Below, piece after piece: positions 55,896-63,332 of a DNA stretch of 64,000 bases. The position numbers were made by a program, and so were the translations under genes. The stretch is from a virus. How positions within the stretch are numbered: position 1 is the stretch's first letter; every line of letters begins with the position of its first letter. Under the pieces are notes generated by a model, which was given only the letters and a program-made list of their open reading frames with translations, was not told the DNA's origin and did not search any database. The stretch is from IMG/VR virus record IMGVR_UViG_3300032235_000792. One strand, given 5' to 3'.

Positions 55896-57791
55896 ATGGC
55901 TTTTTGGGACACATGGATAAGAGACGGAGTTAAGCGAGAACTAGAGGCTTTGAATAAAGGAGACCCGGATGCTGTTCCGGAAAAGCCTGACACTATGCCA
56001 GAGGATGACGACCCTGAGATTGGTCGTAAGGCGATAGTAGCGGATCCTTTTTTTACACAGCAAAGTCAACAGACAATATTTAGATATCGCTTGTCTAGAC
56101 TATCAAATAAGACGTTAAAAGACGTCTCTATGAGAGACTGGCTTGTTTCAGCTATTCTTCAGAACAGAGTAGACACACTTGTTCGCTTTTCTAGACCGCA
56201 AGTCCGAAAGTTTGATATGGGATATCGGATTGTGAAAAAGAATAAAGAATCTGAGCACACCGAAGAAGAAAATAAAGAGATTGAGAATCTTCAGGAGTTT
56301 ATATACAACTGCGGAAGAATTCAAAATACACCAGACGAAGATCGTATGCTGTTTGGTGATTTTATGAAAATGATAGTTAGAGACGCGCTGACTTTTGGCA
56401 ACGTAACGGTTGAAAAAGTTAGAACTAGAAGAGGTGCTTTACATAGATTTAGGCCTGTTCCTGCTGAGAGTGTTTACCATATAAATCCAAATGCTCCGAA
56501 GGCTCAAGTAGAAGATCATATTAAGTCTGTCAAGAATACTTACACACCTAAGTCTGATAATGATCCTAAAAAGAACTATCAAGTAAATGATTTACCGTTA
56601 GATTATTTTAAGTACGTTCAAGTGTCTTACGATAACAGACCTTTGGCTGTCTTCGGTGATGAAGATCTTATATTTAAGTTGTTTAATCCGCAGAATTTTG
56701 CAGATGGTAATGGATATTGCTATTCGCCAGTTGAAATGGCAATTATAAATATTACTAATCACATGAATACGGAGCACTATAATTCTAACTTTTTTACACA
56801 TGGTCAGGCTGCTAAAGGTGTACTTCACCTTAAAGGTACGGTAACTCAGTCACAGATGACTGCGTTTAGGAGACAATTCTACAGTCTTATTAACGGTGCA
56901 CAAAATGCATGGAGAACTCCTATTGTTTCTGGTTTAGAAGATGTTCAATGGGTGCCAATGGCAGGTGGCTCAAAAGACATGGAGTATCTTAACTACAACA
57001 TGCATCTTATGCGCTCAGTATGTACACAGTTTCAGATTGACCCGATGGAGTTAGGTTTGGATCTTCTAGTTACTGGTGGTCGTGCAGCAAACCTACAAGG
57101 ACACCAGACAAAGATTGAATTCTCCAGAGAGAAAGGCTTGTATCCTTTACTTATGTTCGTTGAAGACTTCGTGAACTCGAGCATAATCCCAGCCATCGAC
57201 CCAGAGTACTCAAAGAAGTATAAGTTTCAATTTGAAGGATATACAGATGAGACTCCTCAGACAGAAATTGCATTATTGCAAGCTGAGATGAGCGTAAACA
57301 AGACAATGAATGATTTGTTAAGTTCTGCAAGAAAAGCTCACATCAAACACCCAGTTGCTGATTTGCCAATGAATGCCGCTTTTTGGGGCCTAGTTGAAAA
57401 GAATATGACTCGTGGAGAAATACGAGAACTATTCTTTGGAGACAAAGGGGCTTCAAAAAAGAAAGAACTACAATACATACCGGCTGATCCAGCGTTCTTA
57501 TCATGGCAGCAGATGCTATTGACTATTGAAAATACTAAAAAGCAAGAACAACAACAGCAACAAGCTATGGCGCAACAACAGCAAGCAATGGCACAGCAAG
57601 CTCAAGTAGAGCAAGCTCAGCATAGTCGAGATCAAGAAAAACATGACGCAGAAATGAGTCAAGTAAGAGGTCAAGCCGCGTATAATGCTGTTAAGCATGG
57701 ACAAAACTTGCATGATGCCGCTGAGCAAGCTGGTGCAACTAAACCAACAAACATCGGTGGAAAAAATATCAAGAACCCGCTAAACTTATAA
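55896..57791 (+). CDS. Portal protein
   Basis: IVRDALTFG, YSPVEMA, NFFTHG..AKGVL, NAWRTPI, KDMEY, FQIDPMELG. Follows the terminase. Confidence 0.92.
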   Translation: MAFWDTWIRDGVKRELEALNKGDPDAVPEKPDTMPEDDDPEIGRKAIVADPFFTQQSQQTIFRYRLSRLSNKTLKDVSMRDWLVSAILQNRVDTLVRFSRPQVRKFDMGYRIVKKNKESEHTEEENKEIENLQEFIYNCGRIQNTPDEDRMLFGDFMKMIVRDALTFGNVTVEKVRTRRGALHRFRPVPAESVYHINPNAPKAQVEDHIKSVKNTYTPKSDNDPKKNYQVNDLPLDYFKYVQVSYDNRPLAVFGDEDLIFKLFNPQNFADGNGYCYSPVEMAIINITNHMNTEHYNSNFFTHGQAAKGVLHLKGTVTQSQMTAFRRQFYSLINGAQNAWRTPIVSGLEDVQWVPMAGGSKDMEYLNYNMHLMRSVCTQFQIDPMELGLDLLVTGGRAANLQGHQTKIEFSREKGLYPLLMFVEDFVNSSIIPAIDPEYSKKYKFQFEGYTDETPQTEIALLQAEMSVNKTMNDLLSSARKAHIKHPVADLPMNAAFWGLVEKNMTRGEIRELFFGDKGASKKKELQYIPADPAFLSWQQMLLTIENTKKQEQQQQQAMAQQQQAMAQQAQVEQAQHSRDQEKHDAEMSQVRGQAAYNAVKHGQNLHDAAEQAGATKPTNIGGKNIKNPLNL

Positions 57792-57818
57792 GATAAGTTA
57801 GCGCTCATCCCCTCCAAG

Positions 57819-57843
57819 AGGCTCCTTAACCGGAGCCTTTTTT
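57819..57843 (+). terminator. Intrinsic terminator after portal
   Basis: AGGCTCC-TTAACC-GGAGCCT followed by TTTTT. Confidence 0.88.
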
Positions 57844-57849
57844 ATATCA

Positions 57850-57856
57850 GTATAAT
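57850..57856 (+). promoter_or_regulatory. GTATAAT -10 directly after portal terminator
   Basis: Positioned to restart transcription for the kinase cluster. Confidence 0.65.
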
Positions 57857-57898
57857 CATTTTGTGATAATTAATGATTACGAAATATTTTATAAATTA

Positions 57899-58027
57899 AT
57901 GTTTACTATTGCTAAATTAGATATAGATAATCATATAGTAAATCATATTCATGACGATGATGGTCCATATTTTGCATTAACAAAAGCTGAAAATTACGTC
58001 TTAAAATTTAAAAGAGGGATATACTAA
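57899..58027 (+). CDS. 42-aa hypothetical protein (not in ORF track)
   Basis: MFTIAKLDIDNHIVNHIHDDDGPYF.... The stop overlaps the next ATG (TAATG). Confidence 0.4.
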   Translation: MFTIAKLDIDNHIVNHIHDDDGPYFALTKAENYVLKFKRGIY

Positions 58028-58869
58028 TGACTTGGATTATTTTAGAAGGCCTAGATCGTTCTGGTAAATCTACTGTTGCTGAAATGTACAAGAGTGAGGG
58101 ATTTGAGATAATTCACATGAATGCCCCAAATAAGATGTATTTTAAGCAAGGCTATTCGGGTCCCTCGTATCTCGAAGAAATGATAGACCTATATTCAACC
58201 TATGCTGGCAAAGACGTACTGTTTGATAGATCTGCATACGGCGAACTAATATGGCCAGAAATCTATAATAGACAAGCTCTGTTGACATCAGAAGACTTCG
58301 AGTATCTCCAACAATTAGAGTACAATAACGACACAGTAAAAATATTAATGTACGATGAAAATAAAGATGCACATTGGCAGCGATGTGTAGACAATAAAGA
58401 ACCTCTTACACGACAACAGTTTGTACACGCAACAAGGTTATATGAAGAAATGGCTAAAACGCATAATTTCGAGAAAAAACAACTTAAAGACTTTACGAGA
58501 AACAACTCGGCAACTAAGCAAATTGATGCAGGACAACCAGCAGAAAAATCCAATGATAGAGGTGTTAGCATGTCTGGGATTCTACGATCAAGCGATGGAG
58601 ACGGAAATGAAGATTCCGAACTTCGCGGTGTGGCACAGTCTGTACTTGACAAGAAACTTGAGAGGGCAAATGCCATCAGAGATCTTTTGTCAGCGCCGAT
58701 CGTTAAGAAAAAAGGAAGCGCTTTTCAGCAGCTTGAAAAAGATATTAAGCTCTTCCTAGAACAGCAGCTAGAAAATATATTTAATGAGCCAAAGCAAGAC
58801 GATTTCACTAATGAAGAGGTCAAAATACTAAAAATATACGCACAGCGCATAAAGGAAAAGTTAGGTTAA
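58027..58869 (+). CDS. Thymidylate/dNMP kinase-like protein with C-terminal extension
   Basis: IILEGLDRSGKST, LFDRSAYGELIW. Confidence 0.85.
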   Translation: MTWIILEGLDRSGKSTVAEMYKSEGFEIIHMNAPNKMYFKQGYSGPSYLEEMIDLYSTYAGKDVLFDRSAYGELIWPEIYNRQALLTSEDFEYLQQLEYNNDTVKILMYDENKDAHWQRCVDNKEPLTRQQFVHATRLYEEMAKTHNFEKKQLKDFTRNNSATKQIDAGQPAEKSNDRGVSMSGILRSSDGDGNEDSELRGVAQSVLDKKLERANAIRDLLSAPIVKKKGSAFQQLEKDIKLFLEQQLENIFNEPKQDDFTNEEVKILKIYAQRIKEKLG

Positions 58870-58873
58870 TACT

Positions 58874-59218
58874 ATGATAACGTTTAAGGAACGCAAGACG
58901 GTTTATTTCGATTGCGATGATACACTTTTAGAATGGAAAACATGTAATGAGCATGATGTAGGCGCAATAACAATTGAAAATAACGGACACACGTTTTATA
59001 AGAAAGTAATATCGGCAAATGTAGAAGCTCTTATAGATCATTCACTGGCTGGTCATCTAGTTGTAGTTTGGTCAGCTGGTGGATCAACTTGGGCAGAAAC
59101 AATAATTAAAGCTCTGCGTATTGAACCATACGTAGACGTTATCCTAAATAAGCCAGATTTCTTTTACGATGATAAGGACCCGTCACATTGGCTACCAGAA
59201 AGACAATTTAAGGCATAA
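58874..59218 (+). CDS. HAD-superfamily phosphatase (cap-less)
   Basis: YFDCDDTL, VWSAGG, KPDFFYDD. Confidence 0.85.
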   Translation: MITFKERKTVYFDCDDTLLEWKTCNEHDVGAITIENNGHTFYKKVISANVEALIDHSLAGHLVVVWSAGGSTWAETIIKALRIEPYVDVILNKPDFFYDDKDPSHWLPERQFKA

Positions 59219-59671
59219 ATGAAAGTATCTGATTATCTTAATCTAATAAGACAACTTCAATCAAATCATAAAGATTTGATATTATGCGGATCAGCCGCAT
59301 TAATACTTGCAGAGGTACTACCTGATCGCAATATTGGCGATATAGATTTTGTTACTAATAATAGGGCTATGATTAGTGCACTAAATCTTACTCGAGATGC
59401 TTATGCTGATGAAGTTGCTAATGGTGGATATCTGTCGTACAGTGTAACTAAAATTAGAGAAGGTTTTGGAACATACAAGCTAAATGCACTTATCTTTAAT
59501 CCGGAAGCCTGCATAGATACAGAGATTATTAAATTGTCCGGCGGAGATATAGTGTGTCAACGTATATCTGACGTAATACAATGGAAGCAGAAGTATAACA
59601 GAAAAAAAGATATTATAGACCTAGACAATATGTCTTTAAACATGCTTGAGAAAGCAGTATTTGACAAATAA
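59219..59671 (+). CDS. Nucleotidyltransferase-fold protein
   Basis: LCGSAAL...GDIDF...K...R.KD..D. Confidence 0.75.
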   Translation: MKVSDYLNLIRQLQSNHKDLILCGSAALILAEVLPDRNIGDIDFVTNNRAMISALNLTRDAYADEVANGGYLSYSVTKIREGFGTYKLNALIFNPEACIDTEIIKLSGGDIVCQRISDVIQWKQKYNRKKDIIDLDNMSLNMLEKAVFDK

Positions 59672-59681
59672 TGGAGGAAAG

Positions 59682-60260
59682 ATGAAAGGAATTAAGCTGG
59701 CAAAACAAGATTCTGTAAAAAACAGGATTAAAGAACTGGAAGTTGCACTGCAAAACACGCAGATGGCACTACAAGTATCACAGATGATGATAAAGCATTT
59801 AACAGATCAATTCAAGGCGACTCAAAATGACGTTGCTAACACGATGGGTATGCTAAATGATTTTCAATATAGAACTTTAGCTATGCTTGAAGTAGGTAAC
59901 TTTAGTAAAGATGCAATTGATTCACAAGCTGAAGTCCTTAAGCTAAAAGACTTTAACGATGCTTCTATTAAAGAAGATATCGAGAAAGGTTATCTAGATG
60001 ATGAGGCTGGCGTTGTGGCTGAAGATAGTGTTATTGTCATTACTTCGCGCACTCCTGGTCTAGAAGAAGATCAAGGTATTTTTCGTTCCAAGTTTCCAAT
60101 GGCTGAGTGCCTAACTCCTGCACTAAGAAATAAGCTTCTAGGGTTAAAGTTAAATGATAAAGTTAGTGTAGAGCTCGGTGGGACAACCCATGAGGTCTCT
60201 ATTCTTTCTATTAAAAAACTTAAAGTAGCAAATGAAAGTGTGACTGAGAAAGAAGGTTAG
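59682..60260 (+). CDS. Coiled coil + GreA/FKBP-like C-terminal domain protein
   Basis: SD GGAGG. C-terminal TPALRNKLLGLKLNDKVSVELGGTTHEVSILSI resembles the GreA/Rnk C-terminal domain. Confidence 0.55.
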   Translation: MKGIKLAKQDSVKNRIKELEVALQNTQMALQVSQMMIKHLTDQFKATQNDVANTMGMLNDFQYRTLAMLEVGNFSKDAIDSQAEVLKLKDFNDASIKEDIEKGYLDDEAGVVAEDSVIVITSRTPGLEEDQGIFRSKFPMAECLTPALRNKLLGLKLNDKVSVELGGTTHEVSILSIKKLKVANESVTEKEG

Positions 60261-60261
60261 G

Positions 60262-60813
60262 ATGACGCTGGTCGTCAACATGCTTGGCGGCAGTGGTATA
60301 GGTAAATCCACTATTGCCGCCGGTTTATACTATAATATGAAGTTAAATCACATGAACGTTGAATTAGTTAGAGAGTATGTTAAAGTTCTTGCTTGGCAAG
60401 GTGCAAGCATAGGAAGATTTGATCAGGTTAATATTTTTGGAGAGCAGTGTAAGTTAGAGCATACTCTTTATGGTAAGGTTGACTACATAGTTACAGATTC
60501 GCCTATAATCCTAGCTCCCATATACGAGTTTTTTTATCATGGTGATTCAATGATGGAAGAAGCTGCTTTAAAGTTCTTAAAGAAATCTAAGGAGATAAAC
60601 GTTAGGCATCTTAACATAGTACTAGAAAGAAATAAGTCCTATGATCCTAGAGGAAGATTTCAAACGGAAGAAGAAGCTAAAACTGTAGATGGTATGACGC
60701 TAGACTTCTTGAAGAAGTATAATATAGATTATTGCGTTGTTTCTGGTTCTGAAGAATCGCGAGTTAAACAGATCATGGAACTTATACAGAATGAACAAGA
60801 AGAAAGATCGTAG
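60262..60813 (+). CDS. NadR/AAA_28-like P-loop kinase
   Basis: VNMLGGSGIGKST, ELVREYVK, IVTDSPI, YDPRGRFQTEEEA. Confidence 0.85.
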   Translation: MTLVVNMLGGSGIGKSTIAAGLYYNMKLNHMNVELVREYVKVLAWQGASIGRFDQVNIFGEQCKLEHTLYGKVDYIVTDSPIILAPIYEFFYHGDSMMEEAALKFLKKSKEINVRHLNIVLERNKSYDPRGRFQTEEEAKTVDGMTLDFLKKYNIDYCVVSGSEESRVKQIMELIQNEQEERS

Positions 60814-61153
60814 CATGGATAGTAGGTGCCCCAGAAAACTGGAGCACCTACCATGCGAATTTTGCCCACTAGCAGTTTTGAGATTAAAGGCACTCAGAAA
60901 TAGTGACAAAGAACTCTCTGAAGACGAGGAATCCACTCTTCCAGGATGCTCATGGGCTATAAATCATCAGATGTCAAATTACTGCTTCTTTAACTATGTT
61001 GCTGATTATTTGCATGATGTACCTTCCGATAAAGAGATAGCTCATATGAATAACGTCTCTGTCGAAACTATAAAAGATGCCACTAAAGATGCTATAGAAG
61101 AGATAAAATGTCTAAAAGTCATAAAAGACCTAGACGACGATGCTGCATTCTAG
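60791..61153 (+). CDS. Cys-rich protein with sigma-70 region 4-like HTH
   Basis: C...CEFC...C...C followed by SDKEIAHMNNVSVETIKDATKDAIEEIK. Confidence 0.6.
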   Translation: MNKKKDRSMDSRCPRKLEHLPCEFCPLAVLRLKALRNSDKELSEDEESTLPGCSWAINHQMSNYCFFNYVADYLHDVPSDKEIAHMNNVSVETIKDATKDAIEEIKCLKVIKDLDDDAAF

Positions 61154-61244
61154 TCTTAATATTTTCTGATAAATTTAATACTTAGATACACTCTACCTGT
61201 GTAAGTATAAGTAATTTCTTTGTGTTTTTAAAGCCAAAAACGTA

Positions 61245-61251
61245 GTATAAT
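61245..61251 (+). promoter_or_regulatory. GTATAAT -10 for prohead protease
   Basis: Intergenic, followed by SD AGGA. Confidence 0.7.
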
Positions 61252-61268
61252 AGTGTTATAGGAAATTT

Positions 61269-62828
61269 ATGGCTAAAGATAAAAAATTGTGGATAGATAT
61301 GTGTGCCGGTTCTGAGCTTAAAGATACTCAGGGCGAAACCCTAAGTGTCGAAGGCGCTGACATATCTGATCTTGAAAATGGAAACGGTAGGCTCAACGAT
61401 AACCACGGTAAGGGCTTCTTTAATTCCCTTGGTAGAGTTACCGAAGCTAAAAAAATTTTTAAATCAGAAGATTGCGATAACGAAAGACATAAGTACTTTT
61501 GGGAAAAAATAAAGGCACCCTTCATATATGCTAAAGGATACCTGTATAGTGATGAGGATCATCCCAATGCCAAAGCTGCGGCTGCAATTTTAAGAAATAT
61601 TCATAGAGAAGATGCACCTCTCGCGATGAAGGCCTCTGTTGAAGGTGGTGTTTTAGCTAGAGGAATATCTGACTCTTCTAAACTAGCAAGAACAAAAATT
61701 CATTCTGTTGCTCTGACCTTCACTCCTGCCAATAACGCTACTTTAGTTGAACCACTCAACGTAGATAAGTCTACCTATGATTGGGATAGGGATATGCAGT
61801 TAATCAAGTCAGTAATGCACCTAGCTGAGACCAATGTTCCTTCTTTTAGACACATACAAAGACACGCATCTGCTAATGCTATATATGACAATATAAAGAA
61901 AATACAAGAACTAGCTAAAGGTCTTGGTATTGATATAGAAGTTAGGGCCCCTTCCCCAGAAACAATAATGGAAAACGCTGTTTTTTCTAAAGTTGAATCT
62001 AATATACTAAAAATAAATGAATTAGTTAAACAAATTAAGGTTAATCAGCTAGGACTTATATCTACTCCAAGCATGCTAAATCAGTCGCCTAACACACCTA
62101 ACTCGTTTGCTCACCCTGAAATGGTAACAAGATGGCATGGAAAGGGTGTTATCCCAGAAGGGCATCCAGATCGTCAACAAATGGTAAGTTATATTAATAA
62201 CCTTAGAAATACTCCGCACCCGCAAGGTCTAAACGCCAATATCGACGAAGCAAGAAGACTATACGATGCTCATATATCTGATCTTAATAAGGCAGAAGGT
62301 GCACGAGCTGCAAAAGGTGTAGCTTTAGCTATTGGATTAGCACATGCGGCACATTACGTAAATAAACCGCCTGTAGAAGTTAAAGAGCATGCTGAGCATG
62401 TTCATAGAGAATTAGAATCACAGAAAAATAAAAGAGTCAAAGAGCATAATTCTAGAATTTCTAGTGATGAGATGAAATTATCACCTAAAGAATACGGTTT
62501 TGATGAAAAAAAACCAGCTGTTTCAACAACTAGCATTAAAAATAAATTAAAAAAAGCTTTTGAAAAAGAGTTAGATAAAGCACTTACCGCTGGATATGGC
62601 GGTGCAGGTATGCCAACTGATATGGTTGGTGGTGCGGTTATTCAGGCTCAAAGTTTAGAGACAAAGCGTAAAAAAAAAGTAAAAAAAAGTCAAGCTGATC
62701 TCAGCAAATCTCTCCAATATATTACATGTGATAATTGTGGCCATGAGCAAGTCCACATGCCTCATCAAGTAAAGTGCAGAGAATGCAAGCACAATTTCAG
62801 TTTATACAGACTAAATAACTTAAAGTAA
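61269..62828 (+). CDS. Prohead protease with long C-terminal extension and Zn ribbon
   Basis: DTQGE, LNDNH, ASVEG, VALTFTPANNAT (HK97/herpes-fold protease motifs). C-terminal CDNC...CREC. Confidence 0.85.
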   Translation: MAKDKKLWIDMCAGSELKDTQGETLSVEGADISDLENGNGRLNDNHGKGFFNSLGRVTEAKKIFKSEDCDNERHKYFWEKIKAPFIYAKGYLYSDEDHPNAKAAAAILRNIHREDAPLAMKASVEGGVLARGISDSSKLARTKIHSVALTFTPANNATLVEPLNVDKSTYDWDRDMQLIKSVMHLAETNVPSFRHIQRHASANAIYDNIKKIQELAKGLGIDIEVRAPSPETIMENAVFSKVESNILKINELVKQIKVNQLGLISTPSMLNQSPNTPNSFAHPEMVTRWHGKGVIPEGHPDRQQMVSYINNLRNTPHPQGLNANIDEARRLYDAHISDLNKAEGARAAKGVALAIGLAHAAHYVNKPPVEVKEHAEHVHRELESQKNKRVKEHNSRISSDEMKLSPKEYGFDEKKPAVSTTSIKNKLKKAFEKELDKALTAGYGGAGMPTDMVGGAVIQAQSLETKRKKKVKKSQADLSKSLQYITCDNCGHEQVHMPHQVKCRECKHNFSLYRLNNLK

Positions 62829-62832
62829 TTAA

Positions 62833-62885
62833 AATCAATAACTTAAGTATGTTGAGTATAATAGCTATTAACTATCAACTATTTA
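62833..62885 (+). promoter_or_regulatory. AATCAATAACTTA box + GTATAAT (62856) + second WATCAANNNNTTR box (62873)
   Basis: Upstream of the scaffold/capsid operon. Confidence 0.7.
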
Positions 62886-62961
62886 CGTTGGTTTAAGCCT
62901 AAGTGCATGATACAGTGTAATCTGTAAGTTTTTATATACGAACTTGTTAAGGAGACAAACA

Positions 62962-63300
62962 ATGGCTAACAGTGTACAAATTTTGGATAAGATCCAGAGA
63001 AATTGCCAGCAAAGAGGTATCGCGGTTTCTAGACCTAGCGCTGAACTTCTAATTGCTGCTGGAATTGAAATCAGTTTTGAAGCAGCAGAGATTGCTTCTC
63101 CAATGGGTGGAATCGATCCATCAGTATCACCTTTCTTAGGAATTGGCGTTGCTAATCCTGGAAAAATCGTTCTAGATACGGATCCAGCTTCTCTTGAAGA
63201 ATTCCAAGTTTTGAGAATCGCTTGCGGTCACGCAAACACAGTTGTTATTCCAGCTGGTGAATTGCCAGGTCACGCAGATCTTAACGGAATGGGTCAATAA
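62962..63300 (+). CDS. Hypothetical head-module protein
   Basis: SD AAGGAG before ATG 62962. Lies between protease and scaffold. Confidence 0.6.
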   Translation: MANSVQILDKIQRNCQQRGIAVSRPSAELLIAAGIEISFEAAEIASPMGGIDPSVSPFLGIGVANPGKIVLDTDPASLEEFQVLRIACGHANTVVIPAGELPGHADLNGMGQ

Positions 63301-63332
63301 TATTAAAGAAGCTAATAAAAGGAGCTACTACT

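Noticed and set aside
63-61525. Numerous 60-190 aa ORFs antisense or out of frame to long genes
   Set aside because: Fully nested in well-supported genes, with no SD or recognisable motifs.
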